A stretch of 58,105 nt of DNA, from NCBI GenBank assembly GCA_966192215.1, contig CBIGSA010000001.1, positions 1 through 58,105 on the forward strand. Reading direction: 5' to 3'. The position numbers and the translations under genes were made by a program. This document shows positions 29,828 through 39,512 of the stretch, one piece after another; position 1 is the stretch's first letter, and each line of letters starts with the position of its first letter. The notes beneath the pieces were generated by a model. The model ran no database searches. It saw nothing but the letters and a program-made list of their open reading frames with translations, and was not told the origin of the DNA. This DNA comes from an uncultured Devosia sp. (lineage in GTDB: Bacteria; Pseudomonadota; Alphaproteobacteria; Rhizobiales; Devosiaceae).

Positions 29828-30742
29828 ATGACGATGGCAAAAGCGGACTGGCTGGACGACCCGACGCGGCGTGGCGAATTGCTGTTCGGGCCGGCGATGA
29901 TCTTCCCGGCCATGCTGGGCCTGGCCCTGTTCCAGTTCTTGCCGCTCGGCGCCGCTGTGACCAACAGTTTTCGTGCCTTCAACCCCTTCACCAAGCGTCC
30001 CAGCGGCTGGGTGGGTTGGGACAATTTCGGCGCGGTGTTGACGCAGCCGGCATTCCAGTCGGCGCTGTTCCTGACAGTGCTTTATATCGCGCTCCTGCTG
30101 GCCGTGGTGATCCCCTTGGCACTAGCGCTGGCGCTGCTGCTGGACCGGCGGCTGCCGGGGACCACCCTGGCCCGCGCCGCTATCCTGGGGGCATTGGCTG
30201 CCTCCGAGGCCATCAGTGCGCTGATCTGGAACCAGATGTACGCACCCAATTCGGGCCTGTTCAACGCCATCCTGCAGGCCATGGGCCTTGGCACTGTGCC
30301 CTTCCTGACCGATGGAAGCTGGGGCATTTTCAGCATTGTCATGATGACCACCTGGAAGGATGTCGGGCTGCCCATGCTGATCTTTCTGGGCGGATTACAG
30401 GCCATTCCACCCCAGCTCTATGACGCCGCCTCGATCGATGGCGCCAATCGCTGGAACATGTTCTGGCGCATCACCCTGCCACAAATGCGGCCCAGCCTGC
30501 TGCTGGCCGCCTTCATGGTCACGGTGTCGGGTGCGCGGCTGTTCACACCGATCATGTTGCTGACCCAGGGCGGCCCCAACGGGCGCACCAGCAATGTCAC
30601 CTACTACTCCTATTCGCAGGCCTTCGAGTTTTCCTCGCCCGGCCTGGCCTCTGCCAGCGTCATGGTCATGCTGCTGGTGATGCTCGTCATCACCCTGCTG
30701 CAGGTCCTGCTGACCCGCCAGCCCAAGGGGATGCAACGATGA
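29828..30742 (+). CDS. Carbohydrate-type ABC permease
   Basis: WVGWDNF, GLQAIPPQLYDAASIDGA EAA loop, TQGGP. Confidence 0.93.
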   Translation: MTMAKADWLDDPTRRGELLFGPAMIFPAMLGLALFQFLPLGAAVTNSFRAFNPFTKRPSGWVGWDNFGAVLTQPAFQSALFLTVLYIALLLAVVIPLALALALLLDRRLPGTTLARAAILGALAASEAISALIWNQMYAPNSGLFNAILQAMGLGTVPFLTDGSWGIFSIVMMTTWKDVGLPMLIFLGGLQAIPPQLYDAASIDGANRWNMFWRITLPQMRPSLLLAAFMVTVSGARLFTPIMLLTQGGPNGRTSNVTYYSYSQAFEFSSPGLASASVMVMLLVMLVITLLQVLLTRQPKGMQR

Positions 30743-31635
30743 GCTCCGCAACCTCCACGCCCGAAGCCGCAGTCCAGGTAAGCCCCCAGAGAGGAGAAGG
30801 GGTCCAGGCCCGCAAGCCTGTCGTCGGCATCGCGCTATTGATCCTGATCGCCGTTCTGTTCGCCTTTCCGATCGTCTGGTCGACGCTGACTTCGTTCAAG
30901 AGCACCGGCGACATCGTCAAGACGCGCTACCCGTTGTCGATCTTCAGCTTCGTGCCGCCCAATCCAACCTTCGAGAATTACTGGATCCTCTTCGCCGATC
31001 TCGATTTCCACCGCTACCTGCTCAACACCCTGATTGCCAGCTTCGGCCAGGTGGTGCTGGCGGTGATCACCTCGACCTTGGCCGGCTATGCATTTGCACG
31101 GCTGCGTTTCCCGGGCAGCAACATCCTGTTCGCCGCGACGCTGGCAACGTCCTTCATTCCGCTCGAGGTCATCCTCGTGCCGCTGTTCCAGGTGGTGACG
31201 GGCATGGGCCTGGGGGGAACTTACCCGGCACTGTTCCTGCCGTTTTCCTTCCAGCCCTTCGGCATCTTCCTGATGCGCCAGGCCTTCGCTGCCATTCCGG
31301 CCGAACTCGGCGACGCCGCGCGGGTCGATGGCGCCAGTTCCTGGAAGATCTTCTGGCGGATCGCCTTGCCCAATGTGCGACCGGCGCTGGCGACGCTGGT
31401 ACTCATTCAGTTCATCTGGAGTTGGAGCGCCTATCTCTGGCCGCTGGTCATCATGCCCGACCCTCAGAAACAGATCGCGCAGGTCATGCTGGCGGGCATC
31501 AAGTCTTCACCCAATTTCCCGCTCGACGGACCGCTTTTTGCCGGCGTGACGCTAGTCACGGTCCCACTCGTCATCCTGGCCATTGCCCTGCAACGCTATT
31601 ATGTGCGCGGGCTGATGAGCTCGGGCATCCGCTAA
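30739..31635 (+). CDS. Carbohydrate-type ABC permease
   Basis: AGYAFARLRFPG, IFLMRQAF, ELGDAARVDGA, QRYYVRG. Confidence 0.93.
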   Translation: MSSATSTPEAAVQVSPQRGEGVQARKPVVGIALLILIAVLFAFPIVWSTLTSFKSTGDIVKTRYPLSIFSFVPPNPTFENYWILFADLDFHRYLLNTLIASFGQVVLAVITSTLAGYAFARLRFPGSNILFAATLATSFIPLEVILVPLFQVVTGMGLGGTYPALFLPFSFQPFGIFLMRQAFAAIPAELGDAARVDGASSWKIFWRIALPNVRPALATLVLIQFIWSWSAYLWPLVIMPDPQKQIAQVMLAGIKSSPNFPLDGPLFAGVTLVTVPLVILAIALQRYYVRGLMSSGIR

Positions 31636-31650
31636 CCAACCGAGATATCT

Positions 31651-32826
31651 ATGCCCTCCATCCCTCTCTCCCGCCTCCAGCTCCGTCTTGCAGCAACCCG
31701 GGCCATCATGGCCGGTTCCGGTGTCGATACGCTGGTCGTCTTCGGCAATCCCTCGCGCATCGGTGGCGGTGGTGTGTTGCACTATCTCTGCGGCTGGTCT
31801 CCCGGCGGGGCCGCGTCGACGCTGATCGTGCCGCTATCGGGCGATCTGCAGGTGGTCTCGGCCGGGCCCAATGTTACCCGCGTCTTCAACCAGCGGCTGG
31901 TCGGGCTTGGTGCGGCCACGGCCTATGCGGGAACGGCCGACCTGGCCCGCAAGACGGTGGCTGCAGTTCAGGCCCTGGGTGGCGGCACGATCGCCACCTA
32001 TGCCGAGGGCGAAATGCCGGTGATCCTGCGCGATGCGCTCGATCAGACCTTCCCGCGTCGCGCCAGCCTCGACAAGCTGTTGCATGACATGCGGCTCCGG
32101 CGTGACGACGACGAGATCGCCATGCATTTGCGTGGCGCCGAGATCGCCGTGGCCATGGTCGATACCGCCATGCGGGTCGGCGGCATGGCTGATGCGACGC
32201 CGGCCCAGATCATGACCGAGGTCGAGCTCACCGGCCGCCGCATGGGTTCAGAAAATGCCGGCCTCTGGCTGGCGACGGGCGAGCGTCCGCCCACCACCTA
32301 TTTCGAGCTGTTCGAGCTCAACGACAGCCTGGGCCCCAATGACCGCGTGCAGCTTGGGGCAACGCTGCAGGTTGAAGGCTACTACGCCCAATGCCTACGC
32401 ACGGGCATTCGCGGCACCCCCACCCAGGAACTGCTGGACTGCACAGCGCGGCTGATCGACATGCAGGACAAGGCCCTTGCAACCCTGGTGCCCGGGCAAC
32501 CGCTGTCGCGCCTCAGCGACGTGCTCGAAGCAGAGATCGATGCCTTCTGTCCCTATGAGCGGACCGCCGATCCATTCCGCTTCCAATCCTGCCACGCTTT
32601 GGGCATCAACTATGCCGAACCCAGCTGTGCCGGGGTGCTCAATGCGGCGCGCGACAAGTCGAAAGACGGCGAGGGACCGCTGGTGATGGAGAACATGGTG
32701 ATCGAAATCCACCCCAATTTTACCCTGCCGACACTGGGCCATGTCTGCATCGGCGACATGGCGCTGGTGACGGCCACCGGCGCCAAGTGGATCACCGATT
32801 ATCCTCGCGAACTCATCCGGCTCTGA
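31651..32826 (+). CDS. M24 (pita-bread fold) hydrolase, probably metal-independent creatinase-like
   Basis: MRLRRDDDEI, GYYAQCLRT, CHALG, VIEIHPN, IGDMALVT; acidic metal ligands replaced. Confidence 0.8.
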   Translation: MPSIPLSRLQLRLAATRAIMAGSGVDTLVVFGNPSRIGGGGVLHYLCGWSPGGAASTLIVPLSGDLQVVSAGPNVTRVFNQRLVGLGAATAYAGTADLARKTVAAVQALGGGTIATYAEGEMPVILRDALDQTFPRRASLDKLLHDMRLRRDDDEIAMHLRGAEIAVAMVDTAMRVGGMADATPAQIMTEVELTGRRMGSENAGLWLATGERPPTTYFELFELNDSLGPNDRVQLGATLQVEGYYAQCLRTGIRGTPTQELLDCTARLIDMQDKALATLVPGQPLSRLSDVLEAEIDAFCPYERTADPFRFQSCHALGINYAEPSCAGVLNAARDKSKDGEGPLVMENMVIEIHPNFTLPTLGHVCIGDMALVTATGAKWITDYPRELIRL

Positions 32827-32836
32827 GGACGACGTC

Positions 32837-34333
32837 ATGCACCCTGCCACAAGCGGCTCGACTGTAACCCTGCTCGTCCACGGCACCGTGGTCACCATGG
32901 ATGCGCAAAGACGCATCATCGAGGATGGCGCCGTCGCCTATGACGGCGACCGGATCGTCGGCGTCGGCACCACTGCCGACCTCTCGGCGCAATATCCTGG
33001 TGCCGAGCGGATCGACTGCAAAGGCAGGGCCGTCATTCCGGGCCTCGTGGATGCGCATGGCCATGCCGGTCATTCGCTGGTCAAGACGCTGGGCGCCGAT
33101 ACGCCGTCGCTGTGGATGCGCATCGTCACGCCGATGTACTTCCACTATACGACGCCCGAGTTCTGGCTGGCGGACGGCTATCTCTCCGCTGTCGACCGGC
33201 TGCAGAATGGCGTCACCACATCGGTCAGCGTCGTGGGCTCTGCGCCGCGCAGCGACGATCCGACCTTCGCTATCAACCAGACCAAGGGCTATACCGACGT
33301 CGGGTTGCGCGACATCGTCTGCTGCGGACCGGCGGGCTTCCCGTGGCCGCACCCGACCACGCGCTGGCACGGCGGCACGCCCAAGGCCTATTCGGTCAGT
33401 TTCGACGAGATGCTGGCCGGTGCCGAAGCCGTCATCGAGACGGTGAACGGCACGGCCAATGGGCGGATCAAGGCCTTCGTGACGCCCTTCACCATCATGC
33501 CCTCGATCGACCCGTCGAACCCGACGACGCCGGACCGGGCCACCCGCAGTACGCCGGAAGACCGGATGCAGGGCCGCAAGGTCAAGGAACTGGCGGCGCG
33601 GCACAAGACGCGGATCCATTCAGATGCCTTCGCCGGGCATGTGCGCATGGCCTGGCAGGATCCCGAAAGCGCCATTCTGGGCCCCAATGTGCATCTGCAG
33701 CATTGCATCGGCCTGTCGCTGGAAGAAGTGGATATCCTCGCCGAAACCGGCACCAACATGACCCATTCGCAGGGCGGACGTGCGCCGGTCATCGAGATGA
33801 TGCAGCGCGGGGTCAATGTCGCCATCACCACCGACGGCACCGCGCCCTGGGCGACGTTCGATATCCTGCAGGCAGCACGCTCGGTGCAACTGGCGCATCG
33901 CTGGCGCAACCAGGACGCCTATCTGCTGCCGCCCGGCAAGCTGTTCGAGATGATTACGGTCGACGCGGCCAAGGCACTGGGCATGCAGGACGAAGTCGGT
34001 TCGCTCGAAGTGGGCAAGAAGGCCGACATCACCATCGTCAACATGCGCAAGCCGCATCTAGTGCCCAACTGGATGGTGATCCACCGCCTGGTCTATGAAG
34101 CGGTGGGGCAGGATGTCGAGACGGTCATCTGTGATGGTCGCGTGCTGATGCGTGATCGCGTCATCCAGACCGTGGATGTCCAGGCCATCATGGATGAGGC
34201 CGAGCGCCAGTCCTGGGCGGTCGTCGAGCGCGGCGGACTGCAGGACCACCTGACAGGTCCGGGCTGGGGCCAGATCCATCGCACCTTCGATGCGCCGATC
34301 ACCCTGCCGACGCCCCCGGCGACGCAGCCATGA
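32837..34333 (+). CDS. Amidohydrolase (AtzA/TrzA/MtaD-like)
   Basis: VIPGLVDAHGH, HLQHC, AITTDG, GSLEVGKKAD, VETVICDG. Confidence 0.9.
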   Translation: MHPATSGSTVTLLVHGTVVTMDAQRRIIEDGAVAYDGDRIVGVGTTADLSAQYPGAERIDCKGRAVIPGLVDAHGHAGHSLVKTLGADTPSLWMRIVTPMYFHYTTPEFWLADGYLSAVDRLQNGVTTSVSVVGSAPRSDDPTFAINQTKGYTDVGLRDIVCCGPAGFPWPHPTTRWHGGTPKAYSVSFDEMLAGAEAVIETVNGTANGRIKAFVTPFTIMPSIDPSNPTTPDRATRSTPEDRMQGRKVKELAARHKTRIHSDAFAGHVRMAWQDPESAILGPNVHLQHCIGLSLEEVDILAETGTNMTHSQGGRAPVIEMMQRGVNVAITTDGTAPWATFDILQAARSVQLAHRWRNQDAYLLPPGKLFEMITVDAAKALGMQDEVGSLEVGKKADITIVNMRKPHLVPNWMVIHRLVYEAVGQDVETVICDGRVLMRDRVIQTVDVQAIMDEAERQSWAVVERGGLQDHLTGPGWGQIHRTFDAPITLPTPPATQP

Positions 34334-35793
34334 TCACTCTGGTCAAGGCCGCCTTCGTCATCGGATACGAGCATGGCGACCATGTTATCATCGCCAATGG
34401 CGCGGTGGCCTATGAGGGCGACAGCATCATCTTCGTCGGGCGGGACTTTCCCGGCACACCGGATCGCGTCATCGATGCCGGCGAGGCAATCCTCAGTCCG
34501 GGCTTCATCGACCTCGACGCGCTGGCCGATATCGACCATGCCATCCTCGACACCTGGCACGGGCCAGATACCGCGTCGGCGCTCGAGTGGTCAGAGGACT
34601 ATTTCCACCATCGCCGGCACGACGTATTTCCGCCCGCCGATCGCGACTTCCGGCATGAATTCGCTTTCGTTCAGCTGATCCGCAACGGCATCACCACCGC
34701 CATGCCCATCGGCGGCGAGATGCACAATGCCTGGTGCGAGACCTATGAGGAATGGGCCGCGGCAGCCGATATCGCCGGGCGTCTCGGTCTGCGCGTGTAT
34801 ATGGGACCCAGCTACCGCTCGGGCGTCAATGTCGTCCTCGGCGACGGTGCGCGCGATGTGCTGTGGAATGAAGCGCTGGGGGAGGCCGGGCTCGACGATG
34901 CAATCCGCTTCGTCGAGGATTTCGACGGGCGCCACGACGGGTTGATCCGCGGCGCCCTGCTGCCGGCGCGCATCGAGACCGTTACTCCAGCGCTGATGCG
35001 ACGAACCGCTGAGGCAGCACAGCGGCTCGGCGTCAAGGTGCGCCTGCATTGCCTGCAGGGCCAGAAGGAGTTGCGCTACCTCAAGGACTGGTATGGCAAG
35101 AGCCCACTCGACCTGCTTGACGAAGCCGGCCTGTTGGGGCCGAACCTGCTGATCCCGCACGGCATCTTCATCGGCGGCCATAGTCGCAACCCTGATGGTT
35201 CACCCGACGATTTAGAACGCCTTGCTGCCAGCGGCGCCACCGTCATCCACTGTCCGATGACGTCGCTGCGTTACGGGACGGCGCTCGAGACCATGCCGCG
35301 TTATCTCGCGGCGGGCGTGAAGATCGCCATGGGCACAGATTCCTATCCGCCCGACATGATCCGCAACATCGATATCGGCGTGCATGTGCCCAAACTGATG
35401 GAGGGCCGCACCGGGGCGGGCAGTGCTGCCGATATCTATCGCGCGGCCACGTTGGGCGGCGCCAGGGCGCTGGGGCGGGACGATCTCGGACGCCTAGCGG
35501 TCGGGGCCAAGGCGGATATGATCATCGTCGACCTCACCGATCCACGGGTCGGGATGATCGACGACCCGATCCGCACGCTGCATATGAACTGTACTGGCGC
35601 CAATATCGACACCGTCATCGTCAACGGACGCTCGGTGATGGAAGGTCAGCAGCTTCCTGGCATTGATGCCGCTGCGATGCAGCATAGGCTGCAGGACTAT
35701 TTCACCCGCATGAAGGCTGGCTACAGCGCGCGTGATTACCGGCGTCGCACAAGCGAGGAGATCTTTCCGCCCAGCTTTCCCCTGCGTTCATGA
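34330..35793 (+). CDS. Amidohydrolase of the DxDAL subgroup (usually annotated N-ethylammeline chlorohydrolase-like)
   Basis: PGFIDLDALADID replacing HxH, RLHCLQ, LIPHG, MGTDSYPPD, GRLAVGAKAD. Confidence 0.85.
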   Translation: MITLVKAAFVIGYEHGDHVIIANGAVAYEGDSIIFVGRDFPGTPDRVIDAGEAILSPGFIDLDALADIDHAILDTWHGPDTASALEWSEDYFHHRRHDVFPPADRDFRHEFAFVQLIRNGITTAMPIGGEMHNAWCETYEEWAAAADIAGRLGLRVYMGPSYRSGVNVVLGDGARDVLWNEALGEAGLDDAIRFVEDFDGRHDGLIRGALLPARIETVTPALMRRTAEAAQRLGVKVRLHCLQGQKELRYLKDWYGKSPLDLLDEAGLLGPNLLIPHGIFIGGHSRNPDGSPDDLERLAASGATVIHCPMTSLRYGTALETMPRYLAAGVKIAMGTDSYPPDMIRNIDIGVHVPKLMEGRTGAGSAADIYRAATLGGARALGRDDLGRLAVGAKADMIIVDLTDPRVGMIDDPIRTLHMNCTGANIDTVIVNGRSVMEGQQLPGIDAAAMQHRLQDYFTRMKAGYSARDYRRRTSEEIFPPSFPLRS

Positions 35794-35898
35794 CCATAAG
35801 GCGTCGTGACATTGTGCACGAACTTGCATCAGGGTGAATGCAAACTTGCCTTGCAATGGGGAACTGCCTATCTAGCGAAGGAAGGGGCCGGGGTCCAC

Positions 35899-36603
35899 AT
35901 GCTCAATATCGACGAAACCAAGAACGCCTCAGCGCGCTGGAGCGCCATCTACGACGAATTGAAGGCGGCAATACTCGCGCATAGCATTCCTCCTGGCACC
36001 AAGTTGCCAGAGGACGAGCTGGGTGAGGTGTTTTCCGTCAGTCGCACGATTGTTCGCTCCGCGCTGCAGGCGCTGGCGCATGACCGGCTGGTCCAGCTCG
36101 AGCCCAACCGCGGTGCGTTTGTGGCCAAGCCGACTAAGAAAGAAGCGCGCGAAGTATTCGAGGCACGGGCCTTGATCGAACCGCGGGTGGCGGCCATGGC
36201 GGCGGCCATTGCCAAGCCCGCCGACGTCAAGATGCTGCAAAAGCACCTCGAAGAAGAACACCGGGCGCTGCATGAGAACCGTCAGGGCGACGCCGTCCTG
36301 TTGTCGGCACGCTTCCACGAGGGCATCGCTGAAATTGCCGGTCAGTCCATCCTGACTGAGTTTGTGCGCAGCCTGTGCTCCCGCTCTGCCCTGATCATCT
36401 CGCTCTATTCTCGGCGCAATGACGCGTTCTGCGAGAGCCATGCGCACAAGGCCCTGGTCGATGCTATTGCGGCCAATAGCGAACGCGATGCATCGGAGCT
36501 GATGACCAGTCATCTGGTGGATCTCCTTTCTGGCATCGATGTTTCCGACAAGGAGCAGCAAAGCAAAAAGCTGTCGGAGATCTTGCGGGGCAGTCAGGGC
36601 TAG
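35899..36603 (+). CDS. GntR/FadR family regulator
   Basis: PGTKLPEDELGEVFSVSRTIVRSAL, PNRGAFVA, FCD domain with FH...EH-like residues. Confidence 0.93.
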   Translation: MLNIDETKNASARWSAIYDELKAAILAHSIPPGTKLPEDELGEVFSVSRTIVRSALQALAHDRLVQLEPNRGAFVAKPTKKEAREVFEARALIEPRVAAMAAAIAKPADVKMLQKHLEEEHRALHENRQGDAVLLSARFHEGIAEIAGQSILTEFVRSLCSRSALIISLYSRRNDAFCESHAHKALVDAIAANSERDASELMTSHLVDLLSGIDVSDKEQQSKKLSEILRGSQG

Positions 36604-36803
36604 TTATCGGCAGGCTCGAAGAGCACCCTACGGTCCGCCACAATGGTCGAATATGCACTATCCAGGACATTTTGAATAAGATATTTGCTGTGCCGCCTGT
36701 GCCGATGTCTTGGGTCGAACGCAGCTGGTCCAATATCGGATCATCCTGACAACTGCTAGTCTATACCCGGCCCCACGGCTGCCATCTGCCTACCAATGCC
36801 CCG

Positions 36804-36905
36804 AATGTCCGCTATCTGGCGCCGGCCCACCAAAACCCGACAGTCCGTACACGGCCCCCTTTCGGCCGTTGAGGTTGAACCTGCAAACACCCAAAAGCAG
36901 GCGTT
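36804..36905. repeat. Degenerate palindromic repeat cluster 3' of DMT gene
   Basis: AATGTCCGCTATCTGGCG, CCCACCAAAACCCGACAGTCCG, CGGCCCCCTTTCGGCCGTT, CTGCAAACACCCAAAAGCAG. Confidence 0.45.
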
Positions 36906-36926
36906 GTTGCGGCCGACAGCGGTTGC

Positions 36927-37991
36927 TTATCCGTGACTATGCCCATGGCGGTGATGGAGGTCCGGATAATGCGGATGTTTGTGCCGCATGGGTTCGTGCC
37001 GGTGCCAGTGCGAGTGCGGTTCGGTGATCGGACCGTCGTGAACATGCTGATGATGGGCGTCATGCACGTGGGCATGGTCGTGCTCAAGCGCTTCGTGGTA
37101 ATGCTCATGATCGTGCCGCTCCGCCAGGTGCAGCCATAGGCCAATGGCCATGAGAACACCGGCCCCGGCCAACTGCCAGGTGATGCTGTCCTGGAAAATG
37201 GCTATCGCAAGCACAGCGCCAATGAAGGGCGCCAACGAGAAGTACGCCCCCGTGCGAGCAGTCCCCAGGTGGCGGAGACCCAGCATGAACATGACAAGGC
37301 TCACCCCTACGCCGAGGAAGCCGACCAACGCGCCTGCACCTATCAAACCCGCACTGGGCAGCGACGCCCCGAGCGACAGAGCCAGAACAAGATTGGTCGA
37401 GCCGGCGACTAGGCCCTTGATCATGGCGATTTCAACGGGGTCTGCGGACGAGAGCTTGCGGGTGAGATTGTTGTCAATGCCCCAGCTCAGGCAAGCAGCT
37501 GCGATGAACAGGCTGCCGGTATCGAGGCTAAGGCCGTCGCCGGTCCAGGACAGCAGCACTGCGCCGGCAAGGATGGCTGCCGCACCGAGAATGAGCTGCC
37601 GATCTACGTTCTCCCTGAACACGATCCACGCGATCGCCATCGTGGCCAGACCTTCCAGGTTCAGCAACAAGGATCCAGAAGAGGCGCTGGTCTGCGACAG
37701 GCCGAACATCAGGAATAGGGGTCCCAGCATGCCACCGAATACGACAACGGCGGCGAGCCAAGGCATGTCAGCCCGGCGAAGCGGAGCCTCTGGCGATGGC
37801 AACTCGATCAATGGGCGCACCACATGGACGATAGCGAGTCCGAGGCCGGCTCCGAGGTAGAGAATGCCCGCCAAAAGCCATGGATCGACCGAACCGATCA
37901 GGAGCTTGGAAAGCGGCGCAGAGGCGCCGAAAAGCGCTGCCGAGCCGAGTGCGAGGGGTACTCCCGGCCAAAGAAGAGATGTCTTGGTCAT
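36927..37991 (-). CDS. DMT/EamA transporter with His-rich C-terminal tail
   Basis: About 10 TM segments, LLLNLEG, WGIDNNLTR; tail HDHEHYH...HYPDLHHRHGHSHG. Confidence 0.9.
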   Translation of the reverse strand: MTKTSLLWPGVPLALGSAALFGASAPLSKLLIGSVDPWLLAGILYLGAGLGLAIVHVVRPLIELPSPEAPLRRADMPWLAAVVVFGGMLGPLFLMFGLSQTSASSGSLLLNLEGLATMAIAWIVFRENVDRQLILGAAAILAGAVLLSWTGDGLSLDTGSLFIAAACLSWGIDNNLTRKLSSADPVEIAMIKGLVAGSTNLVLALSLGASLPSAGLIGAGALVGFLGVGVSLVMFMLGLRHLGTARTGAYFSLAPFIGAVLAIAIFQDSITWQLAGAGVLMAIGLWLHLAERHDHEHYHEALEHDHAHVHDAHHQHVHDGPITEPHSHWHRHEPMRHKHPHYPDLHHRHGHSHG

Positions 37992-38070
37992 GCGTTCAAG
38001 ATAGCGCAACCTCTGCGAGGTGCAACGGAGTGATCAATCGACGCGGCCTAGGCAAGTTGGCCGGAAGATT

Positions 38071-38130
38071 GTCCGCTTCACTGGCGTTACCCCGAAAAGC
38101 AGACCGTCCGTTTCTCACCTCATAGCCGAC
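38071..38130. repeat. Degenerate palindromic repeat cluster 5' of DMT gene
   Basis: GTCCGCTTCACTGGCGTTACCCCGAAAAGCAGAC and GTCCGTTTCTCACCTCATAGCCGAC. Confidence 0.5.
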
Positions 38131-38150
38131 GCAAGTCCGAGCAGATGGTA

Positions 38151-38179
38151 TCCACCCTCCCCGCAAGGAGGAGGGTGGA
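38151..38179. repeat. REP-like hairpin (CCCTCCCC family); may terminate the hydrolase transcript
   Basis: TCCACCCTCC-ccgcaagga-GGAGGGTGGA; related to ends of elements at 48334 and 53140. Confidence 0.6.
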
Positions 38180-38188
38180 CAATTATGC

Positions 38189-39022
38189 TCAGAGATTATC
38201 TCCCAGCCAGTCCGTGGTTTCGGCGATAACCTTGGCGGCGATTTCGGGCTGGTTGCTGTAGACGCCCAGCATGTGATCGGTGCCCGGGATGGTCAGGGCG
38301 GATTTGGGGCCGGTGGCCAAGGCCAGATATTGCTCGAAATAGCCGGTGGCCGGATCGGCTTCGCCGGCAATGGTGAGGAAGGGGCCATCGAAGCCGGCAA
38401 AGGCGGCGGCCAGGTCGTGCTGCTCGATGCTGTCGAAGAAGGGCGCATCGAGCGTGATGACCCGCCAGCCCAGATCCACGGTGAAATTGCCGGTTTCGCG
38501 GGCGGTATCGAAAGCCTCCTGGCCGAGGAATTCGAGAAATTCGCCCTTGAGATCGCCCATCTGGCCCCAGGTGACGATGGCTGGATAATGCTGCTGGTCC
38601 AGCATGGCGATGGCAGCGCCGAAGCTGTAGCCGAGCACGCCGATGCGGGCGGGGTCGACGCCTTCGATGCCGGCCAGGTGGCTGCGGGCAATGGCGGCAT
38701 CCTCCAGCATACGATCGATGGTGACCGAGGCTTCGCTGGCCGGGTCGCTGTCGCCATAGCCGCGGAAATCGACGCGCAGCGAGGCGATGCCGGCTTGGGC
38801 GAGGGAAGCGGCCTGGGCGGCGAAGATGCCGCCGATTTCGTCGCGGGAACTGGCAAAGCCATGCAGCATGACAACGGCCGGGCCGGTGGCGCCAGCTTCG
38901 GGCAAAGACAGCGTGCCGACAATGCCCTTGTCGAGGGTGATGGTGGTTTCGGCCGCCAGGGCGGGCTGGGCGGCGGCGATGGCCAGGATGGCGATGGCGA
39001 GGGTTTTGACGGTGGTGGTCAT
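38189..39022 (-). CDS. Secreted alpha/beta hydrolase
   Basis: Signal peptide; LHGF, DFRGYG, GYSFG nucleophile elbow, GEAD, GTDH triad. Confidence 0.88.
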   Translation of the reverse strand: MTTTVKTLAIAILAIAAAQPALAAETTITLDKGIVGTLSLPEAGATGPAVVMLHGFASSRDEIGGIFAAQAASLAQAGIASLRVDFRGYGDSDPASEASVTIDRMLEDAAIARSHLAGIEGVDPARIGVLGYSFGAAIAMLDQQHYPAIVTWGQMGDLKGEFLEFLGQEAFDTARETGNFTVDLGWRVITLDAPFFDSIEQHDLAAAFAGFDGPFLTIAGEADPATGYFEQYLALATGPKSALTIPGTDHMLGVYSNQPEIAAKVIAETTDWLGDNL

Positions 39023-39152
39023 GGCGGAACTCCCTGGGTTGATGACCCAGTTTCTAGCCAGCGGCCGGGCCGCAGGATTGAAGAAATCCGTCAATCGGCA
39101 AGGGCAAAAGGTTGCCGTTGACCGCGTGCTATAATTCGATATATCTCGATAT

Positions 39153-39512
39153 ATGGAATCAAATGACGCCATCATGGTTTTCTCCGCCCTGTCGCAGGGG
39201 ACGCGGCTTGCCGTGTTCCGGCTGCTGATGGAGCACGAGCCGGAAGGACTGCCCGCGGGTGAGATCGCCGGGGCGATGGACGTGGCGCAGAATACGATGT
39301 CGACACATCTGGCCATCCTGAGCCGGGCCGGGCTGATCGCCGCCAAGCGCGAGGGCCGGACCATCCGCTACCGGGCCGAAATGGACCGGGTGCGCGAGAT
39401 TGCCAGCTTCCTGGTGCAGGATTGCTGCGGGGGACGGCCCGAGCTCTGCGCGCCGCTGGTGGCCGAATTCACGCCCTGCTGCAGCCCGGAGGAAGGGAAA
39501 AATGCCTGCTGA
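39153..39512 (+). CDS. arsR: Arsenic-responsive ArsR regulator
   Basis: RLAVFRLL...QNTMSTHLAIL; C-terminal DCCGGRPELC. Confidence 0.9.
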   Translation: MESNDAIMVFSALSQGTRLAVFRLLMEHEPEGLPAGEIAGAMDVAQNTMSTHLAILSRAGLIAAKREGRTIRYRAEMDRVREIASFLVQDCCGGRPELCAPLVAEFTPCCSPEEGKNAC

